64,000 bases of DNA from an uncultured Chloroflexia bacterium (GTDB lineage: Bacteria > Chloroflexota > Limnocylindria > Limnocylindrales > CSP1-4): NCBI GenBank assembly GCA_963764975.1, contig CAVXUF010000002.1, positions 467,809 through 531,808 of the forward strand, given 5' to 3'. Both the position numbers and the translations under genes were made by a program. Below are positions 19,444 through 29,119 of the stretch, piece by piece (the first letter of the stretch is position 1; every line of letters starts with the position of its first letter). The notes under the pieces were generated by a model that was not told the DNA's origin, did no database searches, and saw only the letters and a list, made by a program, of their open reading frames with translations.

Positions 19444-19570
19444 GCAGGCTCCGCTGGGGCGAGTGCCACCGATTATGCGTCGCGCCCCACGGTGGTGACT
19501 CGTCCGGTCTGCCTCGCCGGCTCCGCGGCTCGAGATTGCCGCACTTTGGTCGGGCTGCCATGCTCCCGCG

Positions 19571-20035
19571 GTGGATCCCGTCACGTTCGTGCCGCCTGAC
19601 TTCGTCGTCCCGTCGTCCCTCGAGACGCCGCTGCTCCGCCTCGAACCGCTCGGGCCCCAGCACAACGAGCCCGACTACGCCGCCTGGACGTCGTCGATCG
19701 AGCACATCCGCCGAACGCCGGGCTGGGCCGATGAGAAATGGCCGGACGGGCGCTCCATCGAGGACAATCTGCGCGATCTCCGCCGTCACGCCGATGACTA
19801 CGAGCACCGGCGCGGGTTCACCTACACCGTGCTCGATCCTGCCACCGCCGACGTCATCGGCTGCGTCTACATCTACCCGATCCCGGATGCGCCGCGCCGC
19901 GCCGAAGTCCAGTCGTGGGTGCGCGCAAGCCGCGCCGAGCTCGACGTGCCGCTCTGGCGCGCCGTCAGCGATTGGCTCGACGCCGAGTGGCCCTTCGAGG
20001 ATGTGACGTACGCGGAGCGTCAGGACGCGTCATGA
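19571..20035 (+). CDS. putative GNAT-like N-acetyltransferase
   Basis: 154 aa. [18 protein letters not shown]... FTYTVLD...VIGCVYIYP resembles RimJ/RimL-type GNAT proteins. The assignment is tentative. Confidence 0.4.
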   Translation: MDPVTFVPPDFVVPSSLETPLLRLEPLGPQHNEPDYAAWTSSIEHIRRTPGWADEKWPDGRSIEDNLRDLRRHADDYEHRRGFTYTVLDPATADVIGCVYIYPIPDAPRRAEVQSWVRASRAELDVPLWRAVSDWLDAEWPFEDVTYAERQDAS

Positions 20036-20182
20036 GGCGAAGGCACACTGCGGACGGACTCGAACTGCCAACGCGGGCCGTATGAGAGCCTCGGTGAGCT
20101 ACGGGGCCGTTCCCCGCCTCGACTCGCATACCCTTTCCGATACCGGGGTCGCGTTCGATCGCGGAAGTGCCTCGAGGTCGCC

Positions 20183-20734
20183 GTGCCACCGAAGTCGGCT
20201 GCATTCCACCGGATCGCGCGAGAGGTCCTCGGTCCACCACTGGCCGAGCTCGGCTTCAAGCGACCTCGCGACGTCGGGCTGGGTGGATGGCGCCGAGACG
20301 AACCGAGTGGCTCCTGCGTCCTCTGGACACAGCTAAGCCACAGCAACTACGGAGATGACCCGGCGGGCTATCAATTCGTCGTCGAGCTCCAATGGGGCCG
20401 GGCGCAGGTCGACGGATGGGGCCATCACCGCTCCCGGCTGTACCAACTCCTGACCGAGGTCGAGCGGGTCGAGCACCAGGAGATCCACAACGAGGTCATC
20501 GCCAAGACCCGTCCGAATCCCGATGTGCTCGCGTTTCTCGCGTCCCAGGACGTGTCGGTTGACGTCGAGAGGTATCGCGCTGGGTTCGAAGCGAGACCGC
20601 AGCCATTCGACCTCTCGGACGATGTCTGGTTTCCGTACACCGACGAATCCGACGTTCGAAGGTGGATGGCGTTCGTCGCGGCGGTGCTCCCAGGAACCAT
20701 CGAGCGCCTCCGGGCGATCGCCTCGGAGGGCTAG
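20183..20734 (+). CDS. hypothetical protein
   Basis: 183-aa ORF with coding-like composition. No recognised motif. Confidence 0.35.
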   Translation: MPPKSAAFHRIAREVLGPPLAELGFKRPRDVGLGGWRRDEPSGSCVLWTQLSHSNYGDDPAGYQFVVELQWGRAQVDGWGHHRSRLYQLLTEVERVEHQEIHNEVIAKTRPNPDVLAFLASQDVSVDVERYRAGFEARPQPFDLSDDVWFPYTDESDVRRWMAFVAAVLPGTIERLRAIASEG

Positions 20735-20772
20735 CGGGCGCCACGCCGATGGCCAGCCGCCGGGTCGCAAGG

Positions 20773-21303
20773 TCAAGCGGGCACGTAGGTCAACCTGATC
20801 ACGTCCTCGTCCATCTGATCATGCGCGATGAGGCGGAGCGGCGGACGTGGTCCGGCGAAATATGGCTGCCCACTGCCGAGCACGACGGGGTGCAGGTAGA
20901 TCCGATACTCATCGATCAGCCCGAGCTCGGTGAGGCTCCGCGCCAAGTTGGGTCCGGCGACTTCGATCTCCCCGTCCCGCTCCGCTTTCAGTTCGCGGAT
21001 CGTGCGCTCGAGATCGCCCTTCACAAGCGTGGCGTTGGCGCCGACCGACTCCAGCGTGCGCGAAACGACCCATTTCGGCATGTTCCGCCACGCCGCCGCG
21101 AAGGCGCGCTCGTCGTCGCTGAATTCCGGTTGATCGTCGTCCCAATACCGCATGACCTCGTACATCACGCGACCGTACACGCTGCCCGCCTGTCCCTGCG
21201 CCTCCTCGATGAAGTGGCGGAAGAGCGTCGGGCTCGGCCCGAACGCCGTGTGGTCGACGTAGCCATCCAATGACTGGTTCATCCCGAACACGAGCTTGGC
21301 CAT
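20773..21303 (-). CDS. dihydrofolate reductase family protein (RibD C-terminal domain-like)
   Basis: MAKLVFGMNQSLDGYV... YRIYLHPVVLGSGQPYF is typical of the RibD_C/YwjB family. Confidence 0.7.
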   Translation of the reverse strand: MAKLVFGMNQSLDGYVDHTAFGPSPTLFRHFIEEAQGQAGSVYGRVMYEVMRYWDDDQPEFSDDERAFAAAWRNMPKWVVSRTLESVGANATLVKGDLERTIRELKAERDGEIEVAGPNLARSLTELGLIDEYRIYLHPVVLGSGQPYFAGPRPPLRLIAHDQMDEDVIRLTYVPA

Positions 21304-21632
21304 CCCGCATCCTTCCTACCGCGTCTGCGCGGCCTGAGCTCCCTTGCTCCGACGGTGGCCGCAAGGCGCCTTCGGTGCCACGAGCAACGCTTCCGAGCCT
21401 TGGGCATCGCCGGCCATCAACAACGACGGCGTAGCCTAGTACGCTGGCCTGGTTGGTGCGTACGACCGTCAGCGGTGTTTCGCAGTGCGGGCACCAGCGG
21501 ATCGCGATGAACCATTGATTCGCGGGGCCAGAACTCGTATCGGACGTCGTGGCGTGGCCGAATACGACCTGCGCGTTCGCGACGATCGCCCCTACTCTTG
21601 CTCCACCGCATGCCGATCGCTGGAGATGGCCG

Positions 21633-22223
21633 ATGACGCTCGTCGATCTCGCGCCGCTGCTCGCCGCGGCCTTCGCGGTGCCCCAGTTCGTGCCGCAGGT
21701 CCGCAAGGTCCTTCGCACTGGCGACACCTCCGGCGTCTCGTGGAGCTGGGCAGCCCTCGCGAGCGTCAATAACGCGGCCTGGTTCGCGTACTTCTTCCTG
21801 TCCGGATACTGGACCGCGTTGGTGCCGGTGGCGTCGGCGTCATCCTTGGCCGGAGTGCTCGCCGTGATCCTGGCTCGCCGCGGCAAGGCCAGCGTGCGCT
21901 CAGGAGTCGCCGTAGCCGCATGGGCGACAACGGTGTTGCTCGCCCTCGCGGCCGGGGGCCTCGCCGGGCTCGGTACGCTCCTCACCGTCGCCTTCCTGCT
22001 CCAGATGGCGCCGTCGCTGTGGACCGGCTACCGAACGACGAATCCCAGTGGGATCTCCCGTGGCACCTGGCTACTCGTTCTCGGGGAGCTCTCGTGCTGG
22101 CTCACCTACGGTCTGTACCAGGGCGACCAACGGCTGATCGTCCTCGGCGTCAGCGGCATCCTTGCGAGTTCGTTGATGCTCGCTCGCACGGTGCGGGTCG
22201 CGAGGCTCCTGCCCACCGCGTGA
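21633..22223 (+). CDS. PQ-loop repeat membrane protein (two PQ-loop-like motifs)
   Basis: AVPQFVPQVRKVLRTGDTSGVS and LQMAPSLWTGYRTTNPSGIS each precede TM helices. The start was chosen at ATG 21633. Confidence 0.45.
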   Translation: MTLVDLAPLLAAAFAVPQFVPQVRKVLRTGDTSGVSWSWAALASVNNAAWFAYFFLSGYWTALVPVASASSLAGVLAVILARRGKASVRSGVAVAAWATTVLLALAAGGLAGLGTLLTVAFLLQMAPSLWTGYRTTNPSGISRGTWLLVLGELSCWLTYGLYQGDQRLIVLGVSGILASSLMLARTVRVARLLPTA

Positions 22224-22392
22224 TCGCTCCTCTGACGCTCGGGTCGCGCGACGTGGCGGCGCCTTGACACCCACCCCGACGAGCACGTTCGCTGACGTCG
22301 GCTGGAACTGGCGCCCCCGGACGGCCAAAGGGGCTCGACGGTGCCGGTGTCAGACCCCCTCGCATGGTACATGGGGGTCGCAGCCTGACAGG

Positions 22393-23589
22393 CTAGGCGC
22401 CGTTGTCGAACGTCTCCGACAGCGCCTCGACGAATTCCTCCGGCTTGACCACCCGCACGTAGTTGCCAAGACGGGCGGCATCCTCACGCAGACGCGAGAA
22501 CGAGATATACCGGCAACTTCGCGCGAGAGGCTTGCGCAGTGCCTTGGCGAACGTGGGTCGGTTGATTTCCTCGCGCACCTTCGCGCGCCTCTCGTCCGGC
22601 GCGACGATATACAGCGGGATGTTGAGGTTCGGCGACAGGGCGAGCAGGTCGGCCATGCGCAGCAAGCCCGAGTAGACGGCCGTCGTCGCCTCCACCTCAA
22701 ACGCCGCGATGATGGCTTCGTCCCGGAGCCACAGCACGTCGATCCGCTCGATGCGCCTCACCATCTCAGGAGCGAATTGCACCGGCAGGTCGTCGACCAC
22801 GCCCAGCGTGTCACCGAGGCGCTGGCCTCTATAGACGCGCCCTCGGTCGCCACGATCGACCCAAAGCTGGAGGCCCATCGCGCTGCCCAATTCGAGGAGG
22901 AGCCCCTCGATTTCCGTATGCGCTTTGACCTCGACGACGCTGCGCCCCTCCTCGTCACCCACAATCGGGGCGACCGCCGCCGGAAGCTCCGGCTCGGTTG
23001 CTCCGGCATCGTCGCTGGGCGCATCGGTCGGTTCCAGCGCCAGGGGCTCCTCGCGCGCGGCCCGAGGCGGCTCCTCCTTCCCCAGCCGCGTGCTCCGGGT
23101 CAGGTGGGCCTTGTTGTACGGACGCTCGACAGGGTTGGCCGCCGCATCGCGAATGGCCTCGATGATCATCTCCGCGTCAACGGGCGCAATGTGCTGGGGG
23201 GACCCAAAGAAGTGCCCCTCCCAGCCCCGCGGAGGATTCTTCAACTTCTCGTACCAGCTGAAGCGCGTCACGAGCGACTCGACGGGGATTGCGGTCTCCG
23301 GCTTCAACTGCACTACGACACGGGACCGAACACGAGCGGGAAAGGCCTCCGCCGACCAGACCACCGTCTTGTCGTCTTGGTACGGGGCTGACGTGACCTC
23401 CAAGATCCCGATGAAGCGGGAGATCCCGGTCAGGTAGCAGAGCATGTAGTCGCCGGGCTTCATCTGCTTGACGTAGCCCCACCGGCTGAGGCGAAACCCG
23501 GAGATGCTCGCCCCGGCGGCCAAGAACTCCTGCCACGTCTTCCACGTGAACAGGTCCAGCCAATACGACCGTTCGTTCCCTTCGGTCAT
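22393..23589 (-). CDS. EVE (PUA-like) domain protein fused to a C-terminal restriction-endonuclease-like domain; candidate modification-dependent nuclease
   Basis: N-terminus SYWLDLFTWKTWQEF...MKPGDYMLCYLTG...IGILEV matches the EVE-domain pattern. The C-terminal half has HTEIEGLLLELG...IDVLWL...AFEVE, a candidate PD-(D/E)xK-like core. Confidence 0.5.
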   Translation of the reverse strand: MTEGNERSYWLDLFTWKTWQEFLAAGASISGFRLSRWGYVKQMKPGDYMLCYLTGISRFIGILEVTSAPYQDDKTVVWSAEAFPARVRSRVVVQLKPETAIPVESLVTRFSWYEKLKNPPRGWEGHFFGSPQHIAPVDAEMIIEAIRDAAANPVERPYNKAHLTRSTRLGKEEPPRAAREEPLALEPTDAPSDDAGATEPELPAAVAPIVGDEEGRSVVEVKAHTEIEGLLLELGSAMGLQLWVDRGDRGRVYRGQRLGDTLGVVDDLPVQFAPEMVRRIERIDVLWLRDEAIIAAFEVEATTAVYSGLLRMADLLALSPNLNIPLYIVAPDERRAKVREEINRPTFAKALRKPLARSCRYISFSRLREDAARLGNYVRVVKPEEFVEALSETFDNGA

Positions 23590-23690
23590 GGCCGAAGCAT
23601 ACCGGGCACCGATGCGCCGCGACGCTCTTCTCGTAGGGCGACCTCAGCGAGGCCGACTGCCGCAAGCAGAAGCGGGAAACCGAGGCGGCG

Positions 23691-23921
23691 ATGGCGGCGA
23701 TCCCGCAGGAGCCCGACAAGGTGGTCCTGTTCGACCAGCGCCGGGCCGTCGTCCAGTCGCTCGGGGACGAAATCGCCCAAATGACCCCCGAGGGCATCCA
23801 GCAGGTCGACGCCCTCCTCGTCGAGAGGGTGGAGACGTCCGACCGGCACGTGACGCGGGTCATCTGGGCGGGAGCGGCGCGGCCGTTTGTTGGACCAGTC
23901 TTGGCCACCGAACTTCGATAG
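23691..23921 (+). CDS. small hypothetical ORF in a divergent intergenic region
   Basis: 76 aa with coding-like sequence (VVLFDQRRAVVQSLGDEIAQMTPEGIQQVDALLVERVE). The open frame extends upstream to 23637 without a start codon. Confidence 0.25.
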   Translation: MAAIPQEPDKVVLFDQRRAVVQSLGDEIAQMTPEGIQQVDALLVERVETSDRHVTRVIWAGAARPFVGPVLATELR

Positions 23922-24063
23922 CCTCGGTCGCCGAGTGGCGGTCTGGCTGTCAATCATGAGCGTTGCCTAACCAATCCCGAAAATGGGCTTCCGGGACCGA
24001 ATGTTCAGATTCCGACAAGCGTAGGTCGCCGAATGTTTGTCACGGGTTACAACATGAGGATCG

Positions 24064-24642
24064 GTGACCGACTTGGCTTGTCAACTGTTGGCCCAAGCCT
24101 GGTTGCATACCTGTTTTGAACCTCGTGATCGTACCCATAGCTGGACCGCCGGAGGTGAAGCCGGGGAATGTATTGGTCTTTGGGGTCTTTTTACCGCCGG
24201 AGTATCGTCCACCGATGGCCGCCGACACATGGGTCGCCCCTTGACTTCTCCGGCCAGCAAACGCTGTTCGTGCGGCGGCGGCTGCCGGCGCGCGCTCACA
24301 GCCGATCTCGTTTCGCTACTCGATGGCGCCGCCGACGGCTACGAGGCCACCACCGGGACCCGCCCTCGTGGTTTCTGCTGTCCACTCTGCCTTCGTCTGC
24401 TTGATCGCGGCTGCGCCTCGCGTGCACACTACCCGGCCGAGCAGGTGGGCGGTCGTCGCTGGACCCTGCTATGCACGGCCTGCAACAGCTTCCTGGGCAC
24501 CGCTTACGAGTCCGACGCGCACCGTCATTGGACCGCAGCCGAACCCGAGGTGCGTGTCGCCTCATCGACCGTGCGAGGTGCGTGTCGCCTCATCGACCGT
24601 GCAATCTCTGCGCGTCGATGCGAAATGAAAGCGATTGGATGA
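24064..24642 (+). CDS. HNH endonuclease domain protein
   Basis: CCPLC...AHYPAEQVGGRRWTLLCTACNSFLG matches the HNH layout (CxxC, H-x-x-P, GG, LLC-x2-CN). The C-terminal tail is encoded by a duplicated 28-bp unit. Confidence 0.5.
   Translation: MTDLACQLLAQAWLHTCFEPRDRTHSWTAGGEAGECIGLWGLFTAGVSSTDGRRHMGRPLTSPASKRCSCGGGCRRALTADLVSLLDGAADGYEATTGTRPRGFCCPLCLRLLDRGCASRAHYPAEQVGGRRWTLLCTACNSFLGTAYESDAHRHWTAAEPEVRVASSTVRGACRLIDRAISARRCEMKAIG
24557..24612. repeat. perfect tandem duplication, 2 x 28 bp (gaggtgcgtgtcgcctcatcgaccgtgc)
   Basis: Positions 24557-24584 and 24585-24612 are identical. The duplication lies in the last codons of the HNH ORF, about 25 bp upstream of the next ORF. Confidence 0.9.
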
Positions 24643-25759
24643 CGCCGAACAGCCAGGCCTCGACATCCGGTCCATAACTGGTCGTGACGACCCAGGCCTG
24701 CGACGCTTTGTCGAGGGTCTTGCGGCATCAGATCGGCGAATCCGGCTGACTGTCCAGTGGCCAGTGCCTGACCACGTCAGGCTCGCCGCAATGAGCTGGG
24801 CGTACCTGCATGCATTCGCTCGCCTCGGCTACGGCTACATCCTGACGCCGGCTCTTGATCCGGTGAGGCGCGCTCTGATTGAGCCGAGTACGTCGGGCCC
24901 CGTCCCCCCAACGATCGCTCTATTTGGCGAAGGGAGGGTGCTTTCCGCCGGCGATCTATCGCTCGTGATGGCCGTTCGTCGATCGCCGTTCAACTACGGG
25001 CTCGTCGGTCTTGGTGTCGACTTCGGAAGCGTTACCGGCGTGCTCCCGATATCGGCCGATCGCGAGGCGGCCTGCTATCCGAACCTTGAGCGGCTCCTAG
25101 CCGTCGGCAGTCCGTGGATCGTGGACATCGCGCCCATCGAGAGGATCATTCCGGCGGCCGTCGGCACCCATTTGAAGGAGCACTTCACTCTCACGACCGG
25201 ACCGTATGACGTGGCGGTGACAACTCGCGAGATGGCAGCCGAGGTGGTAATGGACTCGGCGATCACGCCAGAGCGTCGGCGCGTCAGGCGTCAGTCTCGT
25301 TTCCCACCCGAAGAGCCTCCGGGTCGAGCCCCCGACCACCTAACGAGCCAGGAGTGGCGGGGCCTGCTGGAGGCTGCCGTCACAGACTTCTCGCCGGCGA
25401 GTCCCGTTCCCTCGCAGGCGCGCGGAGTAGCCTCGCTCCTGCGCCTCCTGCCGTCAGCACGTCGGCGCCACTTTGTCGATCTCCGCCACGTCCTCGTCGA
25501 GGAAGGGTCGAGCGCCCGGATCGAAACGGTCAATGGCGACCAGATCCTGGCGGGAATGCGACGTCTTGAGCAACAATTCAAGCTCGTCGATCGCCCGCGG
25601 ATCGTGCATCGCGAAATGGAGATCGGCACTCCTCCTCGTCCCTGGTATTGGGCCCGCATCACGTGGCCTGACGAGACCGTCGAGGACGTTGGCCCGTGCC
25701 TATCCCGTGGGACGCTGCTCGTGCAACTTAGTGAGCACCTGCTCCTGTCGAAACGATAG
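24635..25759 (+). CDS. hypothetical protein, partner of HNH gene
   Basis: 374-aa ORF overlapping the HNH stop by 8 nt (TTG start in the ORF track; an internal GTG/ATG is also possible). No recognised domain. Confidence 0.4.
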   Translation: MDDAEQPGLDIRSITGRDDPGLRRFVEGLAASDRRIRLTVQWPVPDHVRLAAMSWAYLHAFARLGYGYILTPALDPVRRALIEPSTSGPVPPTIALFGEGRVLSAGDLSLVMAVRRSPFNYGLVGLGVDFGSVTGVLPISADREAACYPNLERLLAVGSPWIVDIAPIERIIPAAVGTHLKEHFTLTTGPYDVAVTTREMAAEVVMDSAITPERRRVRRQSRFPPEEPPGRAPDHLTSQEWRGLLEAAVTDFSPASPVPSQARGVASLLRLLPSARRRHFVDLRHVLVEEGSSARIETVNGDQILAGMRRLEQQFKLVDRPRIVHREMEIGTPPRPWYWARITWPDETVEDVGPCLSRGTLLVQLSEHLLLSKR

Positions 25760-25982
25760 GCTCACCCTCGCACTGACACGGCCAGGATGATCAGGTCACC
25801 CTCGTCTCGCTGGTAGCCGAGGCGCTCCATCTCCAGGGGCCATTTCTGCCGGAGGCTCGGCTCCCAGAGACTGACCCAGCCTGGCAGGCGGCGGTGTATG
25901 GGCGAGGGTCGCCAAGGCTTCCGCACGGCGACCAGCGCAGAAGAGGCTATGCCTCCTGCACTGCGTCATCGACAATGGCAAC

Positions 25983-27593
25983 GTGCACGCGCCCGTTCGG
26001 CCTGACGACCCTGCGCAGAACGAGGCCCAAGCTTGGTTTCTCGGTCTCGGCGCCGACGCACGACTGCCGTTGGCAACGCGCTTCTACGAAGAAGGCAGGC
26101 ACAGCGGAACGTTCTGCGCTCTTGCCCCCACGTCGTACCGGGCAAAGGCCCTAAGCGCACCGGGGTGGGACATTGGTCACGGATCGCACGGCCCAGGCTT
26201 CATGATCGAGCGAGCCGGGGACGAGGAAGTCACCACCTACGTGAGCAACTCGTCGGCGCCGGTGGAGCCCCTGGTACTGGATCGGGACTTTCACGGAGTT
26301 GGGGCTTCCTATCGAGAACTGGCTCAGGAGTTCCGGCTGTTCCATCGACTCTACAGTGACCCTGGATCTGGTCGCCTATTCCAGTTCGACGATGCCGGGA
26401 ACGAGACGCTAGCCGGCGAACTCGCAGCAGATCATGTTTGGGTTTTGACCTCGCTGGTTCGGCAATACCAAGCGGCAAGGCAGCTCGATCTGCTCCTGTT
26501 CATCGACAGTGGCGTCTACTACGACGCGTCACTCACAACTCCGGCCGAGCGGGAGTGGGTCACGCCGGACCTGAATGCGCGGCTCAGCGTCGGAACCGCC
26601 GGTGGACGGCCTTTGAGCAAATTCCTCGCCACCCGAGTCCTGCCTCCCCCACCAATCGAGGCCTCCGGCATCTGGCCCTTCGAAGCGGCCGATACCTACT
26701 TTCCGGACTACATCATCGGCACGAACGACGTTGGGGACCCCATTCGCTTTACCTGTGATCCCGACAAGCTCGCTAACTACTTCGGCGCTAACCCAGGCGC
26801 ACCGAACTACCTGACGCCAGTGCACTTTCGACGCGAAGTTCTCGTGAAGTACTTCGGTCGCCCTGATCTCTACCGGGTCGAGGATGGGTACCTCCGGTGC
26901 CGAGCCTTGTGGGGCCTGAGGATGGACAACGACTCACCCGACACCGTCATCGTCTGGCTTGGCGATCTCGGCCTGTACCTACCGGCGGCGGAGCGGGACT
27001 ACTGGCGCGCATTCAATGTCGCCCCAGCTCGGCCGATCAGTGACTCCACGTATCAGCGCGCGATCCTGGGGCAGTTCGCTGACTCGACGTCGGAGGACCT
27101 GCGTTTTCGAGCGATCTACCGTCGCATTGGCAAGGCGTGGCTGGACCGATTTGGGTGGGCACTGTTCTTGGAGCCCGAGCCGGGCGACGCACACCTGCTC
27201 GACTCCGTGCGTCTCCCGCTGCACGACACCGACGCAGAGCTTGAGGAGACGACCCGAACCTTGGCGAAGTTGCTTGTGGACTCGCTCAACGAGGCGGCCA
27301 TCGCGCGCTCATTGCCGGAGGGCCCTGAGGGCGAGAAGGGCATCTCCAAGCTCGACCGCTGGTTCACCGAGTTCGGATACCCAAGCCGCGAGCGTGACAT
27401 CGCCTTTCTGCGAAGTCTCCAGCTCGTGCGCTCCAAGGGAGCGGCCCACCGAAAAGGCAGGGACTACGAGAAGGCCCTGGAACGCGCATTTGGAACCAAA
27501 CGCAAGGGCGACGCCGCGGGTGACCTCCTCCAGAGATCGGTCCTCATGTTGCAGGACCTGATGACCTTCGTGGCTCCGGAAGCCGGGACGTAG
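25983..27593 (+). CDS. large hypothetical protein
   Basis: 536 aa with no family recognised by eye. Its C-terminal region LVRSKGAAHRKG fits an R-x5-H HEPN-like motif, but this is weak. Confidence 0.45.
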   Translation: MHAPVRPDDPAQNEAQAWFLGLGADARLPLATRFYEEGRHSGTFCALAPTSYRAKALSAPGWDIGHGSHGPGFMIERAGDEEVTTYVSNSSAPVEPLVLDRDFHGVGASYRELAQEFRLFHRLYSDPGSGRLFQFDDAGNETLAGELAADHVWVLTSLVRQYQAARQLDLLLFIDSGVYYDASLTTPAEREWVTPDLNARLSVGTAGGRPLSKFLATRVLPPPPIEASGIWPFEAADTYFPDYIIGTNDVGDPIRFTCDPDKLANYFGANPGAPNYLTPVHFRREVLVKYFGRPDLYRVEDGYLRCRALWGLRMDNDSPDTVIVWLGDLGLYLPAAERDYWRAFNVAPARPISDSTYQRAILGQFADSTSEDLRFRAIYRRIGKAWLDRFGWALFLEPEPGDAHLLDSVRLPLHDTDAELEETTRTLAKLLVDSLNEAAIARSLPEGPEGEKGISKLDRWFTEFGYPSRERDIAFLRSLQLVRSKGAAHRKGRDYEKALERAFGTKRKGDAAGDLLQRSVLMLQDLMTFVAPEAGT

Positions 27594-27661
27594 CGCCGAA
27601 CCGCGTGACAATTCATCGCTGAGCTGTCGGGCGATCCCGTTCTCCTCTCTGCCACGATGAG

Positions 27662-29119
27662 CTAGGCGACGAGGTTGCCACGACGAGGCTTGTCGGGCCT
27701 CGGATAGCCGAGCCGAACGAGTTCGTCCTTCCACAGTCGATTGAGGATGGCCTGTCGAAGGCTGACGTTCCGCGGCAACAACTTGCTGACCTGATGTCGG
27801 CTCGGATATCTGCCCTCAGCGTGGATTGACCGAATCGCCGCCAGGATTAGGTCCTGCCGATGCCGTTGAGCTTCCATGGATTGGTCCTCGACTAATTGAA
27901 GATGGCGCTCTCGAATGAGCCGGCATTCGTCGGGATACAGCCGACTGAGCTGACGGGCGTCGACACGAAGGTCCCTTCGCACCGACCGAAGCGACGGTGG
28001 GACCTCCTGGCCGACGGCCGCGCGAAGCTTCCTTCTTACTCGGTTCCAGTCGAGGACGCGGTGTGTCTCCGTCGACTTCGGGATGTATGGGACCAGGGTC
28101 GGGCCCATGGTCAATTCAAGAAGCGTTACGCGACCAGCGAGGAAGTCGGGAAGGCGAAAGCCTGACGCGGCACAGATCCTGAGTGCGCCACCGATCGTCG
28201 GCCTGCGACGTCCGTCCTTCCACAGGCTGACGGTCCCCGCGCTCATCTGGATCATGTCCGCAAAGCGGATGTACTTGCCACCGGTACTGCGCTCGACCGC
28301 AAGTTGAACAGCGGCCGACGTTGCCACCGGGCTAACCACTTCGCCCGCGGCGGGAGGGTTCGCGATGAGATCGCAGAGGGCCGCCGTGACGTACTCCTGC
28401 CAGTTCAAGACGCGCTCATCGAGGTCCCCTTCGACGGCCTTCACGGCCTCCCATGCGACGCCGAGGAAGCGTCCGCATTCGCAGTAACCGGGCCGTGCCC
28501 ACGCTGCTAACGTCCCCCGCTTGGCTCGACAGCTCGGATCTGAGCAGGCCGACCTGAGCTTGACCCCGTGTCGGATGCATACCTCGAGTTCGGTGAACTG
28601 CCAGAGCAGCGGCTCATAGATGCCGGCAGGCGGTTGTGCGGCGGCGCCAATGGCGGGGCTGGGGACTGGATGGCTCCATTCGAAGTAGCAGCAAGGGCAG
28701 TAGGCGCGGTGGATGCGAAAGGCTCGCTTGGTCGGGAGGACGGGCGCCCAACCAAGGAGCGTCGTCGACCGGATGTCCTCTCGTCCCGTGAGCCGGCCCA
28801 AAGCCTCCGCGATGATCTCGCCGGTGTTCCATGGCCCGATCAGCGTTGAGCGGGGTTTGCGCAGGAGGTCTCGAGTGACGGCCTCGTAGTCAGCCCGAGT
28901 ACGACCTGGCCGCGTCGCGTCACTTCCGGCGTCGGCGATCCAATGCAGGAGCTCGACTGGCGGGATGCGGTGGTCCCAAGCGAGTCCGATGACGTAGCCA
29001 GCGAGGCTGACGACCATGCCGGTTCCCGTGTACTCGGGCGCTCGTCCTTGGAGGACGCTGCGTTCCGGCCACTTCTCAGCGCTGAAGTCCCAGCCCGCGG
29101 GATTCTGTTTGTCAGACAT
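27662..29119 (-). CDS. TniQ/TnsD family target-selection protein
   Basis: HRAYCPCCYFEW ... CIRHGVKLRSACSDPSCR ... YCECG is the TniQ zinc-binding-like pattern. The start is at ATG 29119, overlapping the upstream stop in ATGTCTGA. Confidence 0.55.
   Translation of the reverse strand: MSDKQNPAGWDFSAEKWPERSVLQGRAPEYTGTGMVVSLAGYVIGLAWDHRIPPVELLHWIADAGSDATRPGRTRADYEAVTRDLLRKPRSTLIGPWNTGEIIAEALGRLTGREDIRSTTLLGWAPVLPTKRAFRIHRAYCPCCYFEWSHPVPSPAIGAAAQPPAGIYEPLLWQFTELEVCIRHGVKLRSACSDPSCRAKRGTLAAWARPGYCECGRFLGVAWEAVKAVEGDLDERVLNWQEYVTAALCDLIANPPAAGEVVSPVATSAAVQLAVERSTGGKYIRFADMIQMSAGTVSLWKDGRRRPTIGGALRICAASGFRLPDFLAGRVTLLELTMGPTLVPYIPKSTETHRVLDWNRVRRKLRAAVGQEVPPSLRSVRRDLRVDARQLSRLYPDECRLIRERHLQLVEDQSMEAQRHRQDLILAAIRSIHAEGRYPSRHQVSKLLPRNVSLRQAILNRLWKDELVRLGYPRPDKPRRGNLVA

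Noticed and set aside
20909-21985. 358-aa minus-strand ORF
   Set aside because: It is Ala/Arg-rich and antisense to the PQ-loop and DHFR-like genes.
23177-23953. 258-aa minus-strand ORF
   Set aside because: It overlaps the EVE-nuclease gene start in another frame with a Ser/Thr/Arg-rich translation. The 23691..23921 plus ORF is kept only at low confidence.
24064-25759. Single HNH gene split by the 28-bp duplication
   Set aside because: Removing one 28-bp copy runs the HNH frame into the same TGA at 24626-24628 that precedes the next ORF. Two separate overlapping genes is therefore the simpler reading.
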